Assembly: GCF_963853765.1 (NCBI RefSeq)
Contig: NC_088862.1
Span: forward strand, 26,846,001 to 26,910,000
DNA: 64,000 nucleotides
Direction of reading: 5' to 3'
Origin: Magallana gigas
Lineage: Eukaryota
Below the pieces are notes generated by a model, which worked only from the letters and a program-made list of their open reading frames with translations, was not told the DNA's origin and searched no databases. The translations under genes and the position numbers were made by a program. Each line of letters opens with the position of its first letter. Position 1 is the stretch's first letter. Shown here in pieces: positions 1 to 13,602 of the stretch.

Positions 1-3000
1 TGACCCTCCCATCCTTCATGGCATTCACAGCGATAACTTGGGATAGTATTTATACAAATAGAGTTCACTGGACACACGTTCTGCTCACATTCGTTAACAT
101 CTGAAAGAAATGAAGTAGATTTTTTTATTTATGGAACATATGTAATAATTCAGTAACGAATATTCAGGCTAATTAATTGTTTTGTCGGCAAATGACAAAG
201 ATTTCACGTGTTTATGTTACGTATTTTTTTTAGGATTATTTCAAATTATGTTATTTTTTTCTAAATCTGTAAGATATTGACCGCGATCATGATTTTTTTT
301 TATAGTTAGACATTATTGGTGGAATTTTAAGATAAAGATAAGAATTTTACTGGCGAGCGTCAGCTTTGACAACTATATAGTCTCAAAAGAAATCCTTACA
401 GAGGCAGAAGGAGTTTATTATTCAATACCGTGGTTTCATTAATATTTGTGGGTATCAACTTTTGTGGATAACATGAATATTGAGGATTTATGGCCAATGA
501 TCCCTTCGATACAAAATGTTAATAGAAAACTCATTTCAAAATAACATTCAAGTTTGTGGATAAGTATAACAACGAAATCCACGAAAATTGGTATTCAACG
601 AATATTGATAAGAAAAAAGTATATGAAAAAACAATGGAACTTTATTTCAGTCAGTAGTTTTCGTTATGTATAACAAGTTTTCAAAACTAAAATTTTGATA
701 TTGAAACATCTCGGCTTGAACTATACTTACCTTTGTCCCTTACAACAACTCTTGCAGTGTAGGTTGGATAAAACGGTTCGTTGGCTTTACATGTGTATAT
801 ACCGGCGTCTTCTTTGAAAATGGACGTGAATGTTACAAGGGTATCATCCTCCATGAAGTAGTACCTGGTTGAGTCGCGAGCAGGTCCGAATGGGTACCCG
901 TCTTTCGTCCATGAAATGTCCACGCCTCTCTCAAGTGTTGGGATAAAACAACGTAGTTCGAAGGTACCATATGACCATGCCTCCAGAGTTTCAATGCTGT
1001 ATTCTTTACGGAAAAAAGACAAAACGATATGATTTATCATGGAAGCTTTGCGGGTTTTTCTACTACTCAGTATAAAAAATATTGTCAAAATGAAGATAAC
1101 TTGATACTTTTGAATGATATCTTTTGGTAAATAATACAAACTCTTGTCGATTCAATGATNNNNNNNNNNNNNNNNNNNNNNNNNNNNNNNNNNNNNNNNN
1201 NNNNNNNNNNNNNNNNNNNNNNNNNNNNNNNNNNNNNNNNNNNNNNNNNNNNNNNNNNNNNNNNNNNNNNNNNNNNNNNNNNNNNNNNNNNNNNNNNAAC
1301 TAAATTGTTTGTAAATGACACCTTAACATCGTAATTAACATCATATAGAATTTTTTAAAGTATATTTCTTTAATATAAAAAATGATGTTACTAATTTGGT
1401 GTTCTTGAGCAGAATTTGATGTTGTTGAGCAGTGTTAAATGGTGAAATATACATGGATATACATGTAAACGTTCATATCAAACAGAGGAAAAAATATTGG
1501 TTTGCTTTAATACTACATAATATGTACTAATTTCAGATAAATTGTAAAAAGATATGTCTATAGATATTTTGTTTTAAAAATTGGATACATTTTCAAATTT
1601 TTAAAGTAAAAAAAAAATAAAGTTTTAAGAAGCTGTTGGTTAACAAAAACAAATAAGGTTTACCTTAAATATTTTCGATACGATTTTCGTATTCATAAAC
1701 TCTATTTACAAAATATATAAAACATATAAACAAAATTCTTTAAAATCTTATCATTTCTCTACATATTTTTACATAGCTCATTGAAAACTTGTGCTTCTAC
1801 AGTAAATCATAAAAATAATGTTAATTTACCAGTCGTTTCGGGGGTATATATAACTGCCTCAGTAGTAGCTAGCACAGGTGGTGTCAAAATTTTCTCAGTT
1901 GTAGCAATGGTAGACTGGGTAATTATTGGTATAGGATCCCCTTTTTTTGCTGCGTAAAAATGAAATCAAATATTGATACGAATAAACTACCACAAGGGTT
2001 GTCAAAAAATGCGTAAACGGAAAGCAACACTTGAACTGAGCCTTTACGTCGTTGTTTAACTGCTCACATTATTCACAATAACATTCGCTTTATATTTTCG
2101 AAATTGTCTTTGAAAATGTTTTTGTTTAACTTGCATCTTTAGTGCAATTCACTATGCATTTCTAGTTTTGTTTATAAAATTTCCCTTAAGAACAAACGAT
2201 CTAAAGACTACAGCATGTTCTCTACTACTTGTGGCCTATCGTATGTATGCCCGAAATGTTTGGCATTTTTGTCTTCCATCTTTATTGGTAAAGGTTTCTT
2301 TTTCTCATATAATGTCATCATACTCGTCCAAATATGTTCAATGATGCTAGATTTCTTATCTACAAAATGCTTTTCTAGATTTTGATTGTTTTATAAACTT
2401 TAAAATCTGTTTGGGATTTGTTTCAAAGTCTTCACTAAATTGTATTTAGTTATCGGTGATCCCCCTTCAACGCTGGCGTTATCGGTTTACTACGAGTTCA
2501 CACTTCAACTTGTCAAAAAAAAAAACGCCCAACAAAATCTTTAAAAAATGTGTTATTACCAAATTGTCTATTAAGTAAATAATAGAATAATTATTAAATT
2601 TAAAAGTAGTTTTATTTGATCTTTTTTTTTCTCTAAAATACTAATCATAACCATTTTCATATCTTTATCTTTATTTGTCATTTTAGACATTGCGTCGCAT
2701 GTCGAATTTAAGAAGGGATGTGTTTGTATTTTACTAATTTAATTTCAATATTATATGATATTATAAGATAGATTCAATGCAAATTACTTGAACTCCTCGT
2801 GGCACAAGTTTCATCTTGTGTCTTCGATTCACTGAATAACGTCACGTGACTACATGTACGCTATTTTAAGACAGCCCTCGTAAATGCTCTATCACTGAAC
2901 AGTATATGTGTAAAACTAAGAAGAAATCAACCGGCTCTCTAATATTATCTACTACTGATAATTTTTATCTGGTGATCTAGAGCTAATGTTCATAAAAACG

Positions 3001-6000
3001 TTATCAGGCAACAAAGCAATTTTAGTTGGATAGTGAAGTTCATAAGTCAGAATGTTGAAATGAATCTTTATCCAGGCTGCTCATTTTTAATATTAGCATG
3101 CGAAAAAATAAACATGTCAGAATTTTAATAGGCGTTTTTATAGAATGAAAGCACCTGTTGACTCTTAGATGAGCATTAATGCATAGAAACACTCAACTTC
3201 ATTATATAATGCAGTTAGGATGTCATTCACACCACACTGTCAAGATTTGAACTTGTGGCCTTTGCCAAAAACAGCAGGTCTTTAGCCTGTTTACATCTCA
3301 GGTTTAATTAATGAAATGTCAAACATAAAACCCATATCATCCACCTCACAGGTTCGAAAAGGACAAATGACTGGTAAAAATTTGTCAACTAGTTAATCCA
3401 TTCTTTGATGAATAAGATTTTTACCATCCTGTATCATTGTCCGGTATTCATATCTTGAACAGCAAAATCAGAAGGTCATGTATATACATGTCACCTGCGT
3501 TCAACATCTGTTACAATGGCACATAATTAGACAGAATGAATTCATTAAACATTGGTAACAATCCATTTTTTACCACTGGAATTTTTTTTTATTATAATTA
3601 CACTGAAGATCACAACGCCAGGGATCAGTCACGCATCCCGTTTAATGACTTTTATTATTTTGTTAAAATTAACATTTTGACTAATTAGTGACAGTTATTC
3701 GTTTTACAGTTATGCAAAGTGCTCATCTTTAAAAATATGCAGTTTGACGGACAATGTTTCAACTATATTGAATTTGAACACATTGACTATCAAACAACTT
3801 TAAAGCCTTTGGTTTTCCTTAAAAAACCTTAAGAATATTTTATCAAAATATTGAGTATTTTATCCATTATATAACAAATGATACAATTATTAAAATTTCA
3901 TATAAATATATAATCGTTGCATGGACAATTAATTGCAACAGTTGTGCCTGCCTGGGGAAACATTTTTGGTACGCTATAAACAATAAGATCGTCAGTATTG
4001 ACTTACAACAACAAAAATAAAACCTTTAGCAATGCCAAAAGTGTGATAGATTGTCTTTCATTATCGTAGACAAATTGTTCACTTTGGCACTGACAAGTCT
4101 TACCACAGATGAACATGTGTCTTTAGCATACAGTATGAATCTATGGAGTCAGGTTTGCTGACATATCTCAATAAATGTACTTATTTGGGAGTTTTCAACA
4201 ACTATTGAAGGATAAAATAAATAAATAAACGTTGTTAGACCTCTTGGACCTCATTTGTTTAAATCAGTTTGTGCAACACGTGTTAGTTAAATATCGACAC
4301 CAAAAACAACATATAATTGAGGATAAACATCTTGCCTTCTTTCATTAGGCACACACAGAAGAAGTCTCTCAGTTATATATTAGTTTACCTGATTTCTTCT
4401 ATATTTATTTGCATTAAAACTTGTTAATGTCCAACATTTCAGGATAAACCATCAGGCTATATTTTTGAGCAATAATATTGGATAATATTTTGAATCTTCC
4501 TTATCATAGCCCGCAAAATACTTTTAAATGCTTTTAGATAAAGTCATAGTTTAGTTTTTAAATTGAAACTTTATATAAAATATTATACAACAAATTTAAT
4601 AATGGAATTACGAAGGGGAGATTTCAACATTGAAAGATGGGAAAAACTATAAATAATGGAAGACAGTGTCCTTTCTGACATATTTAAGATATGTCAGAAA
4701 GGACAATAGGTTGCGTCTAACATTAGCCAACTATATTTTATCTCATTTGGAAAATACGTCTTTCAAGATACATAAGCAATCAAAGCAGTTGAATCTTTGT
4801 TTTATAAGGGTTTTTTCTCTTCTCTAGCTGATTTAATAAATAATACAATAAGATGCAGGCCAAAATATGGTAAAAATGGATAAATCTTATATTTACTTCT
4901 ATACTTATTAAGGTTTTACCTGATTATTGTTTTTCTGAAAAATTTTAAACAGAAATTATCACCTTCACTGACATTAAATGTATACAAAAAACCTATATTT
5001 ACATAATTTTTGCTTTTGGAGATAAAAAAAATGAACAGAATTAGATGACTTCCTAAAGGATAATACTGGCTTTTAATTGCATTTGATATCATCTAACCTA
5101 ATGTATTAGTAAGTATCAGTAAATGTGCCAGCAACGTAATTTAGACAATTTTTTTAAAAAACATTTTAGCCGCTGTTTTATAACTACTTTGGAAATTTGT
5201 TTATTTTCATTTAAAATCAAAATAAGATAAATTGATGTTGGTTGATTGCTAATGTTTTTTATACATATAATACCTTGTACTGTTGCAACAAATCCTTTTC
5301 TGGGGCTCTGGTTGTCTGTTCGCAGTTCTAAGGTCAAGGTTCTCCCTACGCTTTCATATGTCAAATTGGGATGGAACATATCAGTACCACATATGGAGGC
5401 TAATTTCTTGTTCTCACCTGCTAGTCCTATTAGATTACAAATGACAGTTAGTAAATGCAAAAATACTAAAATGATGTACAAAAAATGTTTATTTATATCA
5501 AATGTATTTATTTGTCATTATGTAACAGCATTTTTCCACACTTTGTTTTAATCTCCATGCAAGAACATTTTAAAACCGACAACATAAAGCACATGCTATT
5601 AAGATAAACTACCATAAGGATACTAGATTAACAAGATTGTGTTTTTAATTTGTAAGAACTCTGTACAATTCCATCAGTGATAGTTTATAATTAACTTAGA
5701 ATTAAATTTGAGTCTTTGTTATGTCAGTCATTTAAATGTGTGCGCCAGGAAATGATACTAACCCTCGTATATAATGAGTTCGTCACAGCAAGAATATGGA
5801 GTACAGTCCGTGTGCTTTTCGATGTCTATATATTCAAATGTCAGCTCCACTCCAGTAGGTGCGGTCAAAATGAAACGGCATTGAAGATTGCTAAAAACCA
5901 TTTTTCAAAGAATGAGTTTGTATAATGTCCTCTTAGAGAGAGAAAATATGAAAGTAAGAGATATGTGGTGACCGAGCTAGCATCAGAAACAGAGATTAAA

Positions 6001-9000
6001 TAAACATACGCTGCATAAAAATTAGGAAAATTAGGAGAGGCGATCTGCTGCTTTACAGAGGTAACATTAATTGGTTGTTGAGGACATACTTCTGAAAAGA
6101 GAATAATATTTTGTTTTTGTACACATTTCGTCAATATTCATTCCGGAATAAACACGACAACGAGTGAATTTAAGAAAAAAGGTCGAAACTGATTACTTTT
6201 ACATGTATTTTTTCCGAGACACAGGCCATGGACATCATATAATAACACTACTTTATATGTTTCCGTTCTTCCCGATTTCGACATTGAAGAGCACACTGCG
6301 GGTGTGACCGGTCAGCATAGGATGCTCAATGTCCCATAGGACCTTATCCTACCCCTATTTTTTAGGTCCGTGTTTGCTTTGTTATGCAACTGTTTTCAAT
6401 TTTCCTTTGGACTTATCATTGTGGACACTGTTTGTTATTACCACATGTCCTTCATTTAAAAACTAGATGGTTATTTCAAATACTTAGATCTCTTCAAAAC
6501 GTGACATGCATTGTTTTTTTGTTGTTTTAACCTACAGAATTTCGTGACTGTGCTGCCAACGTATGGTTGATAGCGCACTTACATTTTTTAGAGTTTAAAA
6601 GTATGCCTCTTACATACATAACATAAAGAATAGAAGTTGTCTATTAAATGACAGTATATTATGTTTAAAAACATCTTTTGACTATAAGTTAAAGAAAACT
6701 GTCCCTTGGATGACAGTTTAGAGTCATTTAGATTCATTGTAACAAGAGGATATCTACCTCCTAGTCTTGGAGCAAAAGTATATGGCTAACATCAGGCATC
6801 AGAAATATTCTTAGGTGCATGAATTCATGTTTAAAGAGACTTAGTGTTCAAACAATTATCCACTAAATCAGCCTTAAGCTTCGACATATGATAGTTTGGC
6901 TATACACAAACATTTGGTAAAGATAAAAATCAAAATATTTTAGCTTTAATACTTGATCATTTTCCTGTATCCTTATACAGAACTCTTCATTATAAGGAGA
7001 TAAAACAAATATCTAAAAGATTGTCATGACCATCGACCTTTCTGAATTCATGTTGACAAATACGTTTAAGGTAAGATAGATACTTGTTTAAAGAAGAAAG
7101 ACGTTTTATCACCGTTTCCTTTAGCTGCAATCATATGCAAAGTGAATCCTTTTTCGTGCTCATGTACATTTTTGTCAGAATTTAAAACTAGTTTTAGCTC
7201 TTCTGCTGGTGTCGTTTCTGTCTCGCTATTTTTACCAATCCCACATATGGGTGGAGCGGTATATTCGGTTTCTGTGAAAAGAAATTAAAAAAAAAATGAC
7301 AGCTAACCACATTACATTAAATGAAAACTAATATGCGGTTATAATGATGTTCTTTTTGTAAATATCGCAGTCTATTTGTGGGAAGTGTAAATGCATATGA
7401 ATTGAAGTTTGTGAAAGAAAGGGAACATTAAAATTCCAAAATCATTCTTAACATTGAAGACAACAAATGTTTAGCTATACTTAATACCTACTTGTATATA
7501 TGTCATATTTTTTTTTTAAAAAGTACATGAACACATACGTATAAAATATATCTTTAAAAAGTTAAAATTAATGTGTCAAATTGACATTAAAATATGAAAG
7601 AGGAAATGGTCTCTTGAAACCTACTAGTGATTACCCCAGTTGTTTCACATATCGTACTAAATACCTACTTGTATATATGTCATATTTTTTAGAAAAGTAC
7701 ATGAACACATAGGTATAAAATATATCTTTTAAAAAGTTGAAATCAATGTGTCAAATTGACATTAAAGTATGAAAGAGCAAATGGTCTCTTGAAACTTACT
7801 AGTGATTACCCCAGTTGTTTCACATATCGTACTAAAATGCACTCACCGTTAGTGAAGGCAGTCAATGTATCACCGCAATCTACACTAATGTTCGTGAACT
7901 GATACACTATCTGCCTGTCTGGATTATTCGCCAGAAATCGCCATTCACAAAGAAGGAATCTTGAATGAACGATTATTTCAAATTCATACAATTTTATAAA
8001 AATAGTAATACTTCAAAGACATTCTCTATTAACTGAGTTTGAATGGAACTTGTTATTGATTTATTTATACAATGGCACTATCTTGGTGTTTTATGACAGT
8101 CAAATCACGGGTATTTTGAAAAACCATAAACCCGTAAAAATTTATAAAATACTTCATAATTTCATAAGCAGTATCATGTATAGTTTTGTTGAATAAATTT
8201 GGCGAAACCAGCAGCATAACCGATTGAAAAAAGAAAAGGGTATATAATCAAAAGATTTTTTTTTAAAACTCACCTTTCGTATGTTGGTTCTTTGTAATGG
8301 TAAACACTTTTAGCTTCTAATCCTAATTCTATTGTTACTTCTTGTTCACATGGAGACAACGCATCTAAAAGAACAAAGGATATACAACGGTCAAGTACAA
8401 TGACATTCATAATTCTATGATTTATTATTCAATTAAAGATAAATAAGGGGAAAAGAAATGTTTTCAGTCTTGTTAATGAAATCAAAGAACTTTATATGAT
8501 AAGAGTTCAATTTGGCCCCCATAATTTGCCATTTTTTAAGTGTTTCGGGTACAATAAAATATAAACAAATTTTTTAGAAGAGTTGATATAAAATATATTT
8601 TTCATCTATTTATTTGATTTTTTTGCACTCACTGGCAGTATATGACGTCAAAAGTGACGCCATTTCTATAATTCAATCAAAATCAGCCAAAAATTGACAT
8701 TTTTCTTATCTTTTTACGAATGTGAAATATACAGCACATGCTTGAACAAGGAAAATTTTTTTGTCACTTATCAGTCTTGGCTAAATACATCTCTGATTAA
8801 AATATTTTATTTGTTCAAGAATGCGCTCTATGTTTTCGGAAGGAAAATCTGCTTGAAAACAAGCTGTTTTACGCTTAAAATGCAAAAATGGCGGGAAAAG
8901 GTTGTCTTTAAAATGTTCTAAATTGTGGGCACTTCAACCAAAATGAATATTATGTAAACACATCACATAAATATCTGTACTAAGAAAACAAAGAATGATA

Positions 9001-12000
9001 GTAAAATGATGATGTTCATTTTAGGGGGCCATTTTAAGCCCTTATCATATATAGTCCTTTCTTATCATTTCTTGACATGTAATCATGGACTAATTTAAGC
9101 TCACTTGTATTTAAAGTTCATTTCACATTTACCACAATATTATGGGGAGGAGAAAGTTAGATCAGTTGAATTACTTTGAATTGTTCAACGACTGGAAGGT
9201 ATCAAAAGATGACTGAATTGCATTGCTTTACCATTCATTTACCTTTTAGTCACATTTCAGTCCCGTTTTAGTTAATCGAATTGCACAGGGCTTCACCTTG
9301 TGATTTCGACCACCGCTAGGTCAAAACTTTTTATTTAATACATTTTTTTTTAAGAATCCGGGTGTCATGCAACCATAGTATCCCAAATGTAGTATTGTAG
9401 AATTTTGTATTTTATGACGCATGCTTTTCTTAAACAAAGTCTTCGTTTTGACAAAAAAAAAAAAAACTTTACGGATAATAAATCTATTTAGATCTGGAGG
9501 CGACATGCATGCATGCCAAACCCTAGAGTAAGAACCACCAGTGCCAGAGACAGAAAATGACAACTTCATATTTTCCTAGTGTTTTCATACTAATTATGCG
9601 TGTCAGGTCTTAATTAACTAGTGTAATAATTACTCAAACTTTTATTTGAAAACCAAAGTCATTTAGTTGAATGTCTTTGTAGCAACATTAGAATCATCAT
9701 AACCAAAGGAAAGATAAGTAATTAATTGAGTGAGTCTTTTGTCTTCCTTTGTATTTGCATTTATTGTTACCTGCATGTTTATATATTCTGATTGATGTTT
9801 AATTAATACCGATTATCATTAAAATGCATTTAGGACCTCAAGACAAGGAAGTAAGTTAATTTTGGAAGAATGGGACACTTTGAGATATTTATATATATAT
9901 AATTACAAATATAACTGTAAAATACATGGTTACTGTCAGGGTAAGAAAACCTGACAGAAGGCGAGGCTTTCCGAGCCCTTTCATGTTTTTTACTTAAGCC
10001 CAAACATTGTTAATATTTCAAGACAGTTATCTTGTATTTTGTTTATCCTGGAATATTATATCCCATTATCGCCTCGAACGAGCTTTTTTCCACATATTTT
10101 GCTGCATATAACCCTGGAGTTGAAACCATGATGCCACTGCGTGAACGAAGCAAGAAAGAAGACACAATGAATTCGAACGTTGGATAAATGCACGAGGCTA
10201 TATTAGGGCATTGACTAAATATAGATTTGGTTTATTGGGTTTCCTTTATTCCGTCAATGCAAGGCGTAGTTGCAGGTTAAATATGAATACATGTTCATTT
10301 TATCTTTAAGAACAATCGGTATTTCTTTTTTTTAATCATGAAATATTTGATTAGAAAGCGCCTTACATATTGAATCTCATATCAATTTAATAATGGTGTG
10401 AATTTTACTTTTTCTAAGTCACATATTTTGGCAAATATTTGTTTTGAATACTGACGCTTTCACCTTGTTTAGGGTAAAGATTTAAAATCAACAATTGTGT
10501 CAAAAATGTAATAAATTTCTTAAGGGGAAAATATTGTGCAAAATAAGAAGTTTACAATTTCCACTTATTCATCTGTAAAAACGTATGAACAGCGATAAAA
10601 CGTTTTCTCATTAAGGTTCTTTAAGAAAAACGTGTGGAATCCCGATACAAATAATATACTTTTTAAAAAAAATAGGGTTAGCATTCCTTAAGGGTTGCTG
10701 CAATCAGGTATACTGTAAACGAAAAAAATGTTTACTGTCAATAATTGTAGAAGTCAGCACAGGAGTGAAATATTCTCGAGAGGTTTTAATGAAATAGATA
10801 AACAATCATCAGGTGCAACAGATTGATATTGAATGCCGTAACCCATATTGTAAAATGTTAATTTTAGGTACTACATACAGAGAAATATTCGCTCAGTTTT
10901 ATTTTCGCCTCTTTTGTCCTGGTTGTCAGCGGACGAATATAAGACTTGGCGAATTCCAATGTCTCAAATACCAATACAAGCCTGAGAACACATTGGCTGA
11001 AAAAACCTCTAAACAACAGAAACACTAGAATTACTTAATAGTTTTTAAAATATGACTAGAAGTTATATGTAACATAACAAAATAAGGGGCATAACAGGGA
11101 CAGCATGCATTTTTATTCCATTCTTCGAATGAAAATAGTCACGCATGTACAGGAACGATCAGACCCAACCTAACAGAAAGTAAACCCCAACTAAACCCTT
11201 GGTTTACTTTCTAGGTTTACTCTGGGTTTACTCCGGGTTTACTAGAGTGGACCCAGATTAAACCAATAATAAACCCACAGTAAACACAGAGTGGACACAG
11301 AGAGTAAATCCAGTCAGGAATAACAGGCAGTAGGATGCTAAGGAAAAAAAAGACGGGTCTGCTTCACACTTCAGTGCGTACGGTTGACCTCAAAAACAAT
11401 TTTCAAGTAAATCCAAAGTAAACCCCGAGTGGACCCAAATTTTCAATAAGCAAATCCAGAGTAAACCCGAAGTAAACCCCAAACGTAAACCCGGGGTTTA
11501 GTTTTGGTTTATTCTGGTGTTAGGTTGGGTATGATCGGTACTGTTGTCTAGCTTTCGACATGTTTATTTCGTGGTGTTTACACATTTCTTTGTAGGTTAA
11601 CACCATATGAAAATACAGAGCAGCGACTGTGTCAACATCCATCTTCTCAACCAAATATAAATACACTAACACTCACGTTTTGCAAAATAATTTATATGGT
11701 TGCCGCCAGATAAATTATGTGGCGGCCGCCTGATAGTAAGTGGCGGTCGCCACATAACTATATATCTGGCAGCCGCCACATAACTATATATCTGGCGGCC
11801 GCCAGATAAAATATTTTTTCCTACGTGGCACCAACGGGTTTCCATAAAGGTTAACATACGATTTTAGAATAACGTTTCTCAGGTCAAAAGGGGTGATACG
11901 AAGTTTAAGATTTAATGCTTTTTTGGTAATAAAGTAAACAAACCACACATAAAAAATAAATACCCATTATCCACAAAAGTCCTATTCATCAGTGCCTTTA

Positions 12001-13602
12001 TAAATCAAAACACATTTTAAAAATATGTTTGATAAATGTTTTACTAAATACTCAAAATAGTCCTTAAAGTATGCCAAATTTGACTCGACAAAAAAACTCT
12101 GATTTTATATAAGTTGAAACAACTTAGCCTCATTATTTGTACATTAAAATACTTGTGTGTTGTAAAACAATTAGGCATGTCACTATAGTTTGAAATATAA
12201 GTATTTAATGTTGAGTTGGGTGGTTAATTGGGTCAAACGTATGGTCTTAAGTTAAAAGTCACAAATCTTAATGCCAAAATCTTTCTTTTAAAAATGAGCT
12301 CTTTTTCTAATTCCGTATGGAACACTAATTGTTACAGCCCTATAGCCTAAATAACTTGCTTGATGGGCAGATTATAAATTAAGTCGGTCATGTTTAGTCT
12401 AATGTCGCAAAGGTGTTACTCGCACTAAATGCACATCCCAGACAATCTGATGATAAATTTATTGTCGCTTTTAACTTAAGAATTTATCTCTTTCAGGTCG
12501 AAAGGATACAGAGTAATCAAGTTTTGTCATGCATTATTTGTGGCTTGTTGTTGAGTTTTAATGTTGAAAATGGCAATTTTTTCCTTTACATTTCAAAATT
12601 TTTACGTAAATGTCATGCTTAGAATACAAAATAAAAAACCGAGGCCAGATCTAGAGATATAGATGTCAAGATTATATAAAAGCATAGTGTGGTACGTGTA
12701 AGATATATGCAAGTATACCAAGGGTTTGAGAAGAGATATTAATGTTGAGTGCTCAGACATTAATGTGATTTTCAATAACGTTACTAGTGAAATATGTTTA
12801 CACGTTTGCAAAACAAATATGTCTACCTTAAAGTCTATGTAAATTTAATGATCTTTGTGATACTTCTCTTAAAAGTGGCCTAAATTTAGTTTATTAGATA
12901 TAAGGTCTTTAGTCTGTCTGCATTTCACAAGTAATTACATGAACATTAATTAGCCTAATGCGCCTTCTTAATGTTGAACTGATAATTATAAAATGCAATT
13001 AAGGTTTCCTACTTCAATTACCAACGGGTATGATTAATTTTTTACCACGTATTCAAGGAAAACAAATTAAATTGGCTTTTCTGGATAATTCAAATATAAC
13101 AAAATTTAAAAACGTGTTTGCTGACAACAAAATTATTGTATATTAAGTTTGTATTTACACGAATGACAAGTTTGTATCTTCACAATCCACAGCTAGTCGG
13201 TAAGTAAAAGATTAAAATGGGGTTTTTTTTGCACCTGTCTGCAGAGATTGGTTCACATTTGACACACAAAATTCTTTTTGGATACATATTCAAATACTAC
13301 AAACTGTCACTCTTATCCAATGAATTCTGACATTTGATGCATTTTACCTTTATTAAAGTAAAAAACCAGATTAAGGGTTCAAATAAAACATAAAACAACT
13401 TGAATGAATATCTTATTTATCTTCAAGGATATAGAAATAAAAACTTAACAATGCATTTGGTTTGCACATGGTTTAAGGTAACCACAAGAGATATTTAAAT
13501 GTTATATAAGTCCCTTTATTTCCAAGACAAGAAAATAAAAAAAATCTTACCACAATGAAAGCAAAGCACTAGAACAAGCAAAATATAATCCAAATACTTC
13601 AT
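1..13602 (-). CDS. Multi-exon gene: signal peptide-CUB-CUB-Thr-rich linker-Ig-like-calcium-binding EGF protein (3' end outside window)
   Basis: Phase-compatible exons read by hand: 13602-13551 (MKYLDYILLVLVLCFHC, donor GTAAGA), 8364-8274, 7959-7847, 7271-7113 (CUB1: C...YERFLLCEWRF...PICG...GF), 6091-6010, 5890-5763, 5417-5274 (CUB2: IASPNFPNFYAANLQCRF...SICG...RKGF), 1949-1830 (Thr-rich), 1003-731 (Ig: LRCF...SWTKDG...EDAGIYTCKA), 100-<1 (DVNECEQNVCPVNSICINTIPSYRCECHEGWEG). The link from the signal exon to 8364 is the least certain, and extra exons could lie in the N gap or long introns. Confidence 0.8.
731..1003 (-). CDS. Exon encoding an Ig-like (I-set) domain of the CUB/Ig/EGF gene
   Basis: C...W-x-KDG and D-A-G-x-Y-x-C motifs; 273 nt, phase 1-1; donor G|GTAAG at 730; AAG acceptor at 1004. 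Confidence 0.85.
1160..1297. other. Assembly gap (N run)
   Basis: 138 N. Confidence 1.
4667..4705. repeat. Perfect 17-bp inverted repeat with 5-nt loop (intronic)
   Basis: TGTCCTTTCTGACATAT-ttaag-ATATGTCAGAAAGGACA. Confidence 0.95.
6285..6446 (+). mobile_element. Degenerate fragment of an abundant bivalve interspersed retroposon-type repeat
   Basis: GCGGGTGTGACCGGTC...GGATGCT...GGTCCGTGTTTGC block recalled from memory of oyster repeats; family not verified. Confidence 0.4.
7483..7836. repeat. Two-copy ~177-bp tandem duplication in an intron, next to a splice donor
   Basis: aatacctacttgtatatatgtcat...cacatatcgtactaa occurs at 7483 and 7660 with few substitutions. Confidence 0.9.
8484..9060. 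mobile_element. Non-autonomous DNA transposon/MITE with imperfect ~36-bp TIRs
   Basis: Left AAAGAACTTTATATGATAAGAGTTCAATTTGGCCCCC; reverse complement of right end AAAGGACTATATATGATAAGGGCTTAAAATGGCCCCC. No clear TSD. Confidence 0.65.
11149..11544. mobile_element. MITE with ~28-bp imperfect TIRs and internal GTAAACCC/GGGTTTAC motif arrays
   Basis: ACAGGAACGATCAGACCCAACCTAACA versus reverse complement ACAGTACCGATCATACCCAACCTAACA; many GTAAACCC-type motifs in both orientations. Confidence 0.7.
11694..11812. repeat. GC-rich minisatellite built on palindromic GGCGGCCGCC cores
   Basis: gccgccacataactatatatctggc repeated twice, plus degenerate flanking units. Confidence 0.8.

Noticed and set aside
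1990-3520. Stop-riddled coding-like stretches in the CUB gene intron
   Set aside because: Possibly old TE relics; no motif I can identify.
9321-9569. ORF as an additional exon of the CUB gene
   Set aside because: A phase-1 donor exists, but there is no convincing acceptor or domain signature.
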